64,000 nt of DNA from Octopus sinensis. Lineage: Eukaryota. The notes under the pieces were generated by a model. The model was not told the DNA's origin. It searched no databases and saw nothing but the letters and a program-made list of their open reading frames with translations. The DNA is taken from NCBI RefSeq assembly GCF_006345805.1, contig NC_043004.1, positions 28,272,001 to 28,336,000 of the forward strand, read 5' to 3'. Shown here one piece after another: positions 40,356 through 52,938 of this stretch. The position numbers and the translations under genes were made by a program. Position 1 is the stretch's first letter, and each line of letters starts with the position of its first letter.

Positions 40356-42122
40356 GTGTGCGTATCAGGGATTATATTTCCGAATGGGTGCTTCTTTTTG
40401 TCATTTCCTCTAGGTTGAGTGAATACGTAGAAGCTTTCTTGTGATCCCATGAATTGGAACTCCCATGCCTTACACTACTACAAATTCTCAGTAAATTTCT
40501 TATACATTTACACTACAGATGTATTTTGTTTTTGTATTTGGTTCGCAAGATTCTTAAAGTGAACTCGCATGTTGAAGCATTTTTTGTTGTATCTGGGGCG
40601 GTTCATTATGCCAATAATAAACACACATTGGTTTTTCTTTCACCTGTCAATTGCTTAACTATTCAACTAATCGGTTGATTGATTAATGTCTATATTTGTG
40701 GTCATGCTTGCGTTTATACGATTGTGTAAGTATATGTGTGTGTATATGTGTGCATATGTCTGTACATGTACGCGTGTGTGTATGTGCAGGTGTGAAATGT
40801 TTTTGCTTTATTCATATTGCTTAACCCTAGTTCAGTCTGATGTAGTTCATCCATATTCACCAAGTTATAGCGATGATTATCCTGGTTTATCCTTCTCAAA
40901 CTTGCTATGTCTAAAACCAGATTATCCCATGTATTTTAAAAGAGTAGAATGTTTTTGAGAGAGATTTAGCTGCCACTTCTTGCAGATTTATTATCTACAT
41001 ATTTGTTGGCACGAAACCTATTCCATTATTTACACATTTGTGTGTGTGCAAACATGTCAGTGTATGATGTTTACTTTGTTATGTATAAATGTACACATCC
41101 AGTGTGTAAATGTTACTAATCGTTTCTGCAAAAGCCATTGAATTCCTTTGAAAAAAACTGTTTCTCCATACTTGCCATTGTTTTTCCAGCATTCTCCAAT
41201 TCTATCGTACGCGATACATATTGTCTAGTTTGCTACCATTGTTAATATAATCAATTCAATATGCAGATTACATTCACGTAATAACTTAGATTTTATTTCT
41301 ACTAGACAGAATTTTTTTTTATCTGTTTTCTAATTTATCGTCTTTCGCTGCATTTTCGTGTGCGAAAAAATATTTTTCTTATGTATTTAAAATACATATG
41401 GAACAAGAAAAGAATGATAGTAAACATAAAACAGATAAAACGAAGAAAGAATGGAAGAATGAAACTAAAGAAACTAATAAAGTCATGATTCCCGATTGTT
41501 TCACCCCCTTTCACAGGTGTAGTAACATATTGAGTGCCTGACTCAATTTAAAAATGATTACATTTGGTGTTGATTGTTGTCAGTCAAACTTCTGATGCCT
41601 CAATGTCTTACTGTACTTTTCAATTCCCAAGTCATCCCAAGTTAACTGCTTGAAAATTAATAATTTTAAATATTCAATTTTTTGCGCGTTTAACCACCAG
41701 GGTCCAAAAGCGTGCAATAGTACTGTCCTCAAATAGATCTAATAACTACTGCCAGTCTATAACATTCCTTTTTATCGTAACTCTTACTTTATTCGATACG
41801 ATATCCATTAATACATCAGTATACACGATCATTTTATGTATGATAACTTCGGAAATATCTTGAATGCAATTTTACCAATTTTATGAAGTAAAAGTAAATT
41901 ATGCTAAATTGAGATCTTTTAAATGAACAAGCTATTGTTATCCTTTAATACATATCGTATTTATAATATGTGTGTTTGTAATTCATTATTCAAAATATCT
42001 TCTATAATTTACTGTAGCCACAGACATGAAGGCATAAATAGAAAGTTTGCATCCTATCAAAAGAAAAATTATTGAAATTGAATTAAATTTTTGTTAATCT
42101 GCTACAAGTTAACTGCACGCTG

Positions 42123-42183
<61 letters not shown>

Positions 42184-42608
42184 GAAGGTGTAAAAGTTAA
42201 TATAATAGGTGAAAGGCCATATATGTATTTGTATAGACACACCTGTATATATGTACGCGCATAGTAATGCCTAACGGTATATATGAGAGGCTTTCTGGAC
42301 ATTTAAACAGTCTACATAAATAACAATGTGTATTTGTGTGTGTGAGAGAGAAAGAGAGAGAGAGAGAGAGAGTGAGTGAGTGAAAGAGGGAGGGATATAA
42401 TCGAGAGATAGATAGTTTTTAATACATAACGAAAGGAACATATAGGTGGGATCAGAGTATCTATTGAGCCAGTATCGATAGTTCATTTTTATCTCTATTT
42501 TGGAATTAGCAATTTATTAATTGCGTTGACCTGAAACTGATATAGATCGGTAGAAAATAGTTTTAGCGATTAGTCACGTTCGTTCACCCTTACGCACACA
42601 CATATACA

Positions 42609-42644
<36 letters not shown>

Positions 42645-42708
42645 ACACACACGCACGCACACTCACGAATGAGTGTGTGTATATTTACACACACACACAC
42701 ACACACAT

Positions 42709-42747
<39 letters not shown>

Positions 42748-42901
42748 GATCAATAAATGGTGGGGTTGTGTTGACCGCACGTGGAGAAATGATAAGTAAG
42801 GAAATTTTTTTTTTTTTTTTTTTTTTTTTTAAATGCAGAATGCTCAAATGAAAGAAAATTTTAATAAAATGAGAAATTGATAAAATATATAAATATATAT
42901 T

Positions 42902-42942
42902 TATTCAACCGGTTTTCGTCATTGTATGACTTGTCAAGAATA
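42902..42942 (-). ncRNA. hammerhead-like motif in the inverted pLTR (U3-A8 variant)
   Basis: reverse complement of 45294-45334. Confidence 0.55.
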
Positions 42943-43776
42943 TTTATGTTTTAAGAAGTTTTTTTTTAAATTAGAAAGGGGAAAAAAAGAAAATTGCATT
43001 GTTTTTTGTAAAAGAATAATGATAAAAATGTACAAAAATTAAAAAATAAGTTCTCCGATACATTGTGAGTTCGTTGTGTATCTTGAGTTTTATGGTTGTT
43101 TACGAAAAAATTACCTTGAGGTGTTAAGATCCAAAGGGATTAAGAGCATGTGTTGTGTTGTGTTGTTAAATTCAGCATGTTTGCAGGACAGGAAGTAGTA
43201 GTAATTGTGGTCCTGGTTCTTCAGTTCCTGTGTTGTGAGTAAGGGGAGACAACTCTTTTGAGTTCTTCAATAAAACCCAAATTATAAAACTATCATTTTA
43301 GCTTCATTTGCATTATCTTTTTTATATAATTGCTTGTTAACTTAACTTTCAGATTTTAACACTTTATTTATATTATTTTCTAATAATATAAATCTGCATA
43401 GACAATTGCATTTCAAATTGTCATATCATTTATAATAAAAATGATAGTAATAACAACAATAGTAAAAATGATATTTAAAGAATATAAGTTTTAGCTTGAA
43501 GTGATGAATGCATGGTATCTTTATATATTTTTGTTAGTCCATCCATGAAGAGTGAGGTAGAGAAAGGAAGTTTGATCAACGAGGAGTTTGCATATTAAGT
43601 TGTGTTTGGAATTTTTCAATAAAGAGAATCTCCTTGTTAATTCTCTCCTGTGTGGTGATCCCGTCTTTACATTGGTAGAAGGGGAATATATAGAATTTGG
43701 GGTTTAAGTCTTTAGCACATGAGTCTAAGTGGTCACTCAGTGGAATTTGTCGGTATTCCGGGAGATTTATTTGTTC

Positions 43777-44661
43777 AAACCTACAGACTCACAACAATAC
43801 CTCCTCTTTAATTCATGCCACCCAAAACACACCAAAACAAATATCCCTTTCAATTTAGCTAAAAGGGTATGCACCATTGTCTCGGATCCAAAAACACGAG
43901 AAATACGCCTTCAAGACCTCAAAAAAACACTATTACAACGTCAATATCCCTCCACCCTTATAGAGTATGGAATAAAACGCGCCAAAGAACTAGACAACAC
44001 TACACTGAAAACCACCCAACCTAACACCACACACAACCTCAAAATACTTCCATACATTTCCACCCACAACCCCAAAAATATCGAAGCATACACCACAATC
44101 AAACAAAACCTCAGTCTACTGTCAACAGACCCAAAAATGAAAAACATTATAAATACACACAAAATCCTCAAATGCAAAAGGCAACACAAATCTTTAAAAA
44201 AACTCTTGACAAATGCCAAACTTCACACACCACATCCACCCCCAACAGTAAAAAAATGTGCACGCTCAAACTGTGGTACCTGCCCCTTTCTACTTGAAGG
44301 CTCTGAATTTACCTTCAAACAAGGTACGAAGTTTAAAATCAAGACTAACTTCTCCTGTTCCTCCGAGAACCTTATCTACGTTCTCACATGCGCTGGTTGC
44401 CAACATAATTATGTTGGACAAACGAGTCTCCCGTTACGTAAACGAGTAACGGTGCATAAAGAACAAATAAATCTCCCGGAATACCGACAAATTCCACTGA
44501 GTGACCACTTAGACTCATGTGCTAAAGACTTAAACCCCAAATTCTATATATTCCCCTTCTACCAATGTAAAGACGGGATCACCACACAGGAGAGAATTAA
44601 CAAGGAGATTCTCTTTATTGAAAAATTCCAAACACAACTTAATATGCAAACTCCTCATTGA
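43777..44661 (+). CDS. Penelope-like polyprotein C-terminal part: RT thumb/linker, Cys-rich linker and GIY-YIG endonuclease (5'-truncated, frame uninterrupted)
   Basis: KPTDSQQYLLFNSCHPKH (PLE RT end), CARSNCGTC linker, NLIYVLTCAGCQHNYVGQTSLPLRKRVTVH (GIY-YIG), C-terminal E...I...LN; the first 16 codons of track ORF 43729 come from the inverted pLTR. Confidence 0.9.
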   Translation, partial: KPTDSQQYLLFNSCHPKHTKTNIPFNLAKRVCTIVSDPKTREIRLQDLKKTLLQRQYPSTLIEYGIKRAKELDNTTLKTTQPNTTHNLKILPYISTHNPKNIEAYTTIKQNLSLLSTDPKMKNIINTHKILKCKRQHKSLKKLLTNAKLHTPHPPPTVKKCARSNCGTCPFLLEGSEFTFKQGTKFKIKTNFSCSSENLIYVLTCAGCQHNYVGQTSLPLRKRVTVHKEQINLPEYRQIPLSDHLDSCAKDLNPKFYIFPFYQCKDGITTQERINKEILFIEKFQTQLNMQTPH

Positions 44662-45293
44662 TCAAACTTCCTTTCTCTACCTCACTCTTCATGGATGGAC
44701 TAACACAAATATATAAAGATACCATGCATTCATCACTTCAAGCTAAAACTTATATTCTTTAAATATCATTTTTACTATTGTTGTTATTACTATCATTTTT
44801 ATTATAAATGATATGACAATTTGAAATGCAATTGTCTATGCAGATTTATATTATTAGAAAATAATATAAATAAAGTGTTAAAATCTGAAAGTTAAGTTAA
44901 CAAGCAATTATATAAAAAGATAATGCAAATGAAGCTAAAATGATAGTTTTATAATTTGGGTTTTATTGAAGAACTCAAAAGAGTTGTCTCCCCTTACTCA
45001 CAACACAGGAACTGAAGAACCAGGACCACAATTACTACTACTTCCTGTCCTGCAAACATGCTGAATTTAACAACACAACACAACACATGCTCTTAATCCC
45101 TTTGGATCTTAACACCTCAAGGTAATTTTTTCGTAAACAACCATAAAACTCAAGATACACAACGAACTCACAATGTATCGGAGAACTTATTTTTTAATTT
45201 TTGTACATTTTTATCATTATTCTTTTACAAAAAACAATGCAATTTTCTTTTTTTCCCCTTTCTAATTTAAAAAAAAACTTCTTAAAACATAAA

Positions 45294-45334
45294 TATTCTT
45301 GACAAGTCATACAATGACGAAAACCGGTTGAATA
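45294..45334 (+). ncRNA. hammerhead-like motif in the Penelope pLTR (U3-A8 variant)
   Basis: TATTC-TTGACAA-GTCAT aca ATGAC-GAAAA-CCGG-TT-GAATA: 5 bp stem I, 5 bp stem II, palindromic AACCGGTT; one extra A in the GAAA box. Confidence 0.6.
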
Positions 45335-45498
45335 AATATATATTTATATATTTTATCAATTTCTCATTTTATTAAAATTTTCTTTCATTTGAGCATTCTG
45401 CATTTAAAAAATAAAAAAAAAAAAAAAATTTCCTTACTTATATATATATATATACTTTATTAAAAGCAGCAGAAATATAACAAAAGCTGTTATATATA

Positions 45499-45561
<63 letters not shown>

Positions 45562-45647
45562 AGAATTCACAAAAAATAAAAATACGAAGACAGGTGGTGT
45601 AGACAACAAACAGATGTATTAGTTTAACGCTCGGGAAGTGAAAAAGT

Positions 45648-45683
45648 CTTTAACGTTTCGAGCCTACGCTCTTCCTCAGAAAG
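45648..45683 (-). ncRNA. minimal type I hammerhead ribozyme motif, canonical core
   Basis: minus strand CUUU-CUGAGGA-A-GAGC GUAG GCUC-GAAA-CG-UU-AAAG. Confidence 0.7.
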
Positions 45684-46597
45684 GAACACAGACAGAAACA
45701 AGGAGAGAAAATAAAGAATGTGTAGGGGCTAGCGATCTATCATGGCGAATGCCAGACTTATATACATACATGGAATTATTCGTATATGTTTGTAAGAACA
45801 TGTCTGCATAATCACGTGCACTTTTACGCAAGCATTGTACCCTGTTCATATGTATATATGTAGATACATAGATACGCCGAGTTACACCACAAAGTAATGG
45901 TTTGGCTATAGCCCAACTGGGTGAAACCAAGTAGAGCGTGCGCTTGTGTAGACACAGACCTGCATGTGTACTTATACACACACATGCACATATATTGTGA
46001 TAATATATCTGCAGCAATAATTGACAGTATAATTGACATATACTAGACATATATAACTCATTAATGACTAAGCAAAAGTACGGGATTGTTTTCTGGCAAA
46101 GTGGGGTTTCTTTTGTTTGTTTGTTTTTTTCCTTTTAATCCATTCAGTCAATATTTTAGCAAGTATTAACCCAAGTGACGACACTAGTCCGCGATTTCAT
46201 TAAGTTCTTTGAACTACTTTTCACTTTTGCATAATTTTTTTAAAGGTATTTAAAGGTTTCAAATGTATTTTTCTATAGATTTCATCTTTCGAAGATGTTT
46301 CACTTGATGCTTACAGTAGTACCGTATTCTTTAAGTCCAGATATAATTAAATAGTTTTTATACCTACCCATTTTTGTTTTTGCTATTTCCGAAGGAAAAA
46401 GTATGGCTAATGTACTTCTGACTTTTTATACCTTCCATCATACCAACACACTTTTTACGCCTGATATTAATACTTAGTTTCGTGCGAGTGACTTCTGCTT
46501 CATAGATGATAATATTCCAATTAAATTACTGATTTGAAAAGATATGCATTTGTATTTCTGAAAGTGCAATTAACCTCGATTATTTTTGCAGGATAGT

Positions 46598-46810
46598 GCG
46601 ACGAGCTGACCGAGCCGAACAATCTACTAAGCAACATTTCAAAGCTTTTACGTTCGAAGCTCAAATTTCGCCGTGGTCGATTTTTGCCTTTCATCCTTTC
46701 ATCCTTTCGAGGTCGATAGAATAACTATCAGTCAAGTACTAGGGTCGATGTAATCAACTCTCTCACTTCAAAAATAACTGTCTTCGTGCCAAAATTTGAA
46801 ACCATTATTT
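46598..46810 (+). mobile_element. SINE family B, decayed
   Basis: gcgacgagctgac...ctcaaatttcgccgtggtcga...cctttcatcctttcgaggtcgat. Confidence 0.7.
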
Positions 46811-47596
46811 CAGTAGAATGATAGTTATTAAAGTTTTCATGTTGTTGGTGCAGCATTAGGTATAACATGAGATCTAACATGAGTGACATAACACATAACA
46901 ATTTGCCCGAAGTAACCGTATACTATATCTTCCTCGTCAGTGTTAGCCATGTATCGCTGTAAATGGAGTAAGTACTGACTAGCTTCTATTAGCATTCAGT
47001 CGAGCTATGGATATTTTCGTACGTTTTGGATCATTACGCAATAGATAAAAAACGAATTCATTCCGTATACATCTTTCTCGGATAAGGCATTTCAAAATAT
47101 GAACGACACAATAGAATTCACCCTTGTCTACTATAAAAAGCAGGTAATCGCCATTGGGATATCATTAACGTCTGTCTGATCAGGTTTGAACTGACAAGAG
47201 AGATTGAAAATGCGGAAATGGATTGCAAAGAGTTGAGTGAGAAAGAGAGAAAGACCTGATTTCTCATCAGCACATTGCATCTATTGAAATATACATGCAC
47301 TCTCACAATCATGTAGGCATGCACGTGCACGCATATTAAGTGCATAAATACACACACTTGCGCACACATACAGACTAAAAATGACGAGGATAGGTATGTG
47401 GTTTTCTTACTCCGTCTCTGTTTGTCTCTTGTCTCTCAGTTTCTCCTCCTCTTTCTTTCTTTCTTTCTTTCTTTCCCCCTCTCTCGCGCGTGTGTGCATA
47501 TATATGTACGAGCGGTTTGCTGAAAAGTTCCTGGCTTAAAAGATATCGAATGGGTAGAGCTGTTACCTATGCCGATCATATGTTATATGTGTTTAT

Positions 47597-47677
<81 letters not shown>

Positions 47678-47752
47678 TGCATACATCATACATACACACA
47701 TGCATTCATACATAAATACACACATGCATTCATACATACATACATACATACA

Positions 47753-48035
47753 TGCTGGTAATTGCTTCATCTTTACAGATGGTTGCCGTCTCCCCATGTA
47801 CCATCATCAGCTCCAAACATCCGTCCAGCATTAGATTTGCACGGTCTGCAGCAAATGTGACAGAGATAAAGATGTGCCCTCTACTGGATTTATTGGGTGA
47901 ACTTGTAGGATGTAATCCTTATGTACCCTCATATGCATTTTGACACCAGATATTGATTTGCAGATCTTTTTGCACACCACACATGTCTCACCTAGCATTG
48001 GGGGGATAGAGCTGCAAACAGTTGGCTTTTTATAA
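47753..48035 (-). mobile_element. RTE-type LINE 3' end with C2H2 zinc fingers
   Basis: minus strand CVVCKKICKSISGVKMHMRVH (47921-47983) and a partial CHICCRPCKSNAG; ends at a (TATG)n tract like the 29465-30462 copy. Confidence 0.7.
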
Positions 48036-48071
48036 GATTCAAAATGAGTGATATACTCCGATTAAGATATA

Positions 48072-49297
48072 TGTTAGGTTGTTCGGAAAGTTCTGGGCAT
48101 TCTTTGATATGGAAAAAGGGATATAATTAATTGATCTTTCAATAAATTTATTCCATGAAATAATTTCCATTATTTTTCATAACCTTTGCTCATACGTCAG
48201 GCAATTCAAATATTTAATCAGCATAAAACTTCACTGGTTTTGAAGAAAAAATGTTATATAGACGCACTTTGACTCCGGCTAAATCGTAGCAGTCGGATGG
48301 CGCAATATCTGGAGAATATGGTAGATGTGGTAAGAGATCCTGCCCAAGTTCATGTAGTCAAAGACACATGTGGTCGGGCACTGCCTTGTTGGAACACTAC
48401 TCTTTCCTCTTGGCAATCTCTGGCTTCAGTTCTTTGATTTTGGGGATTCAAATTAGTCAGCTGATGACAGAATTAATGGTCTGGTTTTGTGGGAGAAGCT
48501 CATAATAAGTAACGTATTTTTGATCCCACCAAACACAACGCATAACTGTTTTTTGGCATGGTTATTCGCCTTTGGTTGTTATTTTGGGAGATCATTACGC
48601 AAACTCCAGGATCTCTTTTCCACTATGTTTTCGTACATAATCCATTTTCCGTCTCCACTCACAAGTTGTTTCACAAAAGGCATGCTTTCATTCCGTTTCA
48701 AAAGCATATTACAAACGGAATGCTAGTCCAAGCAATTGTTTTCTGAGGGTTTTTGAGGGCCCCATACATTATAGCGAGAAATCTATCCTAGCTTCACTAG
48801 GTGTTCACGAGTCATACTTTTAGAAACATCCAACTACTCTGCAAGTTCTCTAGTCATGATATTTGAGTTTCCTTCGATTTTTGCCTTCAAAACATCTTCA
48901 TCCAATTCTGAAGGTTTCCCACTGCAACTGTCATCTCCCAAGCTAAACTCTCCAGCTTTAAATTTTGCAAACCACCTTCGACCAATTGATTCACCTACAG
49001 CATCATCACCATAAACTTCACAAATGTATTTGCAAGTCTTTGCGGCATTTTCTTCTTTTTTTTTAAAAAAAGAAAAGCATTGCAACGGGAATATGAAATT
49101 TTTGGTTATCCATTTCAAATGTCAATAAAGGGTGATCAGAATCAAAGCTAAATCTATTTTTAGTCAGGATCAAAGAATAGATGCCCTACCACTTCAAGCA
49201 ACGCCAAAATTTTAACTCTGTTACGTTCCTAGTGTGTTCAATTAAGCATTAAAAGATTTAGCTTAAAAACGCTCAGAACTTCCCGGCAAACCTAATA
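48072..49297 (-). mobile_element. full-length decayed mariner DNA transposon
   Basis: TIRs tgttaggttgttcggaaagttctgggc / gctcagaacttcccggcaaacctaata; HTH NAAKTCKYICEVYGDDAVGESIGRRWFAKFKAGEFSLGD; LPHLPYSPDIAPSD. Confidence 0.92.
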
Positions 49298-49312
49298 TAT
49301 ACATATACATAT

Positions 49313-49347
<35 letters not shown>

Positions 49348-49352
49348 ATATA

Positions 49353-49399
<47 letters not shown>

Positions 49400-49919
49400 C
49401 GGCAAATGTCAGTCGTGGAATCACTAAATATGTATGTGCCAAGGATTTTGAATTATTTTAAATGTTCTTGATTATAAAATTCATGTATTCATCTGAAGAA
49501 AAAAAAAACGGTTATTTCATAATGATATGATGTACTCATTAATCAATTAAAAAAAATTCGTTAGCAATGTCTGTAATGAATTGATACCTGTCCATCAATT
49601 GTTACTTATTTATTTTTAATCCAGTTATCTCGGAATATACCCCTTGCGTATTCCGGAGTATATTATAGATTGTATGTTCAATAAAATCTACATGTCTGAA
49701 TAGCTCAAGAACGGATTATACACTCAATTGGGTCCAGTTTAACTGCATGCATTACCCGAATATCATTCTGCCAGTACTTCTGTACTAAGGTTGGTATTCG
49801 TCTATAACTGGTGTATGTGCATTTTATTCCGACCTAACTAATGGAAAGTCGTCTGGAAACGATCGTATATAAATGCGGTAGCAGTTTCCTGCTGATCAGG
49901 TTATGTGAACTCTTGTCCT

Positions 49920-51575
49920 TAATCTAGGAATCAGGATCAGTCCCACAGGAGTTTCAAGTCGCTTCTATTGTCCATCTTTATAAGAACAAAGGCAACAAAA
50001 TGTGAACGTGACAACCATAGATGTATCTCCCTTTTGTGTATTGTTGGAATGATCCTTGGAAGGGTTATCTCAAACAGACTAAATCATACCCTTGCCAGTT
50101 TAGTGTTGCTTGAATCTCAGTGTGGATCTCGAGCTGGTAGAGGCACAGTGGATATGATATTTAGCCCAAGGCAGCCGCAGGAAAAAGCTCTTGAGCACAA
50201 TCGAGACCTTTTTTGTCACTTTTGTAGATCTAACAAAAACCTTGCAACGCCGTATCTAGGGTTGCCTTTTGGCTTGTCCTTAGGAAGGTAGGTCTTTTCG
50301 AAAAGATGCTCAAAGTCATCATTTCTTTCCATCAAGGGATGATGGTTTTTGTCAGATCAAGCGAGGAAATGTCCATTTCATTTACAGTCTCAACTGGGAC
50401 AAAACAAAGCTGTGTTCCTGCATCGCTTTTATTTGCTCTGTATTTTTCTTTCATGTTGGAAACAACGTTCGAGGGTGTCAACAACGGAGTAAAGTTTGAT
50501 TATAGAACTGGTGATAGCTTGTTCAACCAACAGAACTTCGAAGCAAAAACTAAGACTTTGGTACAAACAGTTCGAGATTTGCTCTTCGCAGACGATTGTG
50601 CACTTGTAGCACACACTCATGAGGAGATTCAATGGATTCTAAACAACTTCTCGCATACATCGAAGGCTTTTGTTCTGATATCAGCATCAAGGAAACAGAT
50701 TGTCCATCAACCCATTCGTGACCATCTTCCCGCTGTTGCTTCTTCTGTATATATTGATGGTGAAAGCATTAAAAACATGTTTCTTTCTTTACTTATCTTG
50801 GTTTCATTGTGTCAAGTGTTGCTAAGATGGATAAAGAAATTAAGTCCAGAATCAGGAACATTAGCTCTGCTTTCGGTAAGCTTTATCACAGGCTTTGGAA
50901 CAGTCCCGAAGGTGATGCATACAAGTCGGTGGTCTTGACATCATTGCTTTATGGTGCTCTGAATTCCGGATTCTGTACCGAAAGCATACCTACAAGCTTA
51001 ATGCTTTACATGTGCGATGCTTCCGTACCATCTCCAACATAAAAACCGAGTGACCATATTCATAACAGTGAGGCACTAACAAAAGACAACATATCAGGCA
51101 TTGAAGCCATTCTCATCAAAATGTAGCTTAGATGGTCAGGTCATCTCTCAGAAGCAACTCCTCTTTGGCCAACCCCCAGCAGGAAGATCAGTTGGGAGGC
51201 TACTCTTAGGCTTCTAAGACAAACTAAAAGACAATCTGAAGCGATGCAACATTCCCTTTTCTTCCTGGGAAAACAAGGCATCAAAATGCAGGATCTGGCA
51301 CAAGTCCTGCTTCTCCTCAGTTCAAAGATTTGAGCTAAGTCCTACATCAGGACCAACTCTATGCAAGCATGAAGGCACGCTGGCAAAACGCTACCCTAAA
51401 TGGAAACCTTACCTGTACGAAGCAAAGCATGCCTTGCCGTCCACTCAATAAAACATAGTGAATGATCCACAAGCACTCAAGCAAACTGAGTACTCAACAT
51501 GTTCCATTTGCTAAAAGGTCTGGAAGACACCAGCAGGTCTCAAGAGAAACATTCGTGTCCATAAAACATGATTAA
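49920..51575 (+). mobile_element. RTE/BovB-like LINE, 5'-truncated and frameshifted RT to 3' end
   Basis: NHRCISLL, ESQCGSRAGRGTVDMIF, GTKQSCVPASLLF, DLLFADDCAL, LRWSGHL; degenerate C2H2 finger at 51500-51562. Confidence 0.92.
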
Positions 51576-51764
51576 TGTTTTATTTTACTGAACCGTCATT
51601 TGTCGTTCACGACAAGAGAATCCATCATATATATAGATATATATATTCCTTCATTCTTTTTTGCCAAACCAGGGACGTAAAGACACCAAAATCGATTTTC
51701 AAGCGCTGGTGGAAGGATTATCACAGACACACAAACATATACACTTACACACACACACATATAT

Positions 51765-51822
<58 letters not shown>

Positions 51823-51889
51823 GCGCACACACACACATACACACACACACACACATACACACACACACGCAATCATCCTAGGCTTGATT

Positions 51890-52130
51890 TTTAAGGCGTG
51901 GTACTTATTCTATCGGTGATTTTTACCGAACTGCTAAGTTAAGAGGATAGGGGACAATCACAGACACAAAGACACACACACACACACACAAACATTTCTG
52001 CATACTAAATCTACTCATTATTTTGATTGGTCCAAGGTTAGAAGCCACTTTCCCCAGGTGTTGTGCAGAAGGACTGAAACCCGGAAACATGTGGTTGAGA
52101 GGCAAGCTTCTTACCACACAGCCATATTCC
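51890..52130 (-). mobile_element. SINE family A, decayed
   Basis: gtacttattctatcggt...ggactgaaacccggaaacatgtggttg...ttaccacacagcca. Confidence 0.7.
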
Positions 52131-52169
52131 TATGTATTTTTCTCTTTCTTTCTTTCCTTCTATTTTCTT

Positions 52170-52209
<40 letters not shown>

Positions 52210-52751
52210 TTTCACACAATGTCTTTCCTTTCTCTCCTTCTCTACCCCACTAAATTACTCTCTGTAACTAATAAGAGAGAACTGGTGCACTGTGGTTTTG
52301 GAAAGCATTCCTTATTGAACTCTCACTCCTTCTCTCTCAATCCCCTACTATCTGCCTTCTACATCTCTTACCCGCTCTCCCTCCTCCTACTTTGTCTTCT
52401 ACCCAAACTCTTCCTAATCCATCGACCGGAAAAAAAGTTTTTAAAAAAAGTGAAAAAGACAATGAAATATCAAAATATCAAGCATCAAATGGGAAAATGA
52501 GAATGAGTAAGAGGAAAACACCACCTCCACCAACAGCATCAACAACAATCACTACTGCAGCTGCTACCCTTGTACTATTGCTACCAATACTACACGGCTA
52601 CTACCGCTTTATTACCACCAACAGCACCACCACCTCGACCACCTCCACAAGTATTACTATTCGTACGACTACAAAGCTAAAAGCCGGCCTTTCACCGACT
52701 TTGCTGCCAATCATAAAACTAGATCAGTCAGCATCCTGGCAGCCAGAGATA

Positions 52752-52792
<41 letters not shown>

Positions 52793-52897
52793 GACAGGCA
52801 GACAGATATGGAAAGGAAGAAGGAGAGGGAAAAGAGAGAGGGCGAGAGAGACAGAGACAAAGACAGAAACATCCAGAGATTATATCACACACACACA

Positions 52898-52938
<41 letters not shown>

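Larger units (their letters stand above)
42792..45441 (+). mobile_element. 5'-truncated Penelope-like element (Neptune-like) with inverted pseudo-LTRs
   Basis: 42792-43776 is a near-perfect reverse complement of 44461-45441; the intervening sequence encodes PLE RT C-terminus and GIY-YIG. Confidence 0.93.

Noticed and set aside
47507-47540. Orphan mariner-like TIR tacgagcggtttgctgaaaagttcctggctt
   Set aside because: It resembles the 23050-23082 TIR, but I found no partner TIR or transposase; too short to call as an element.
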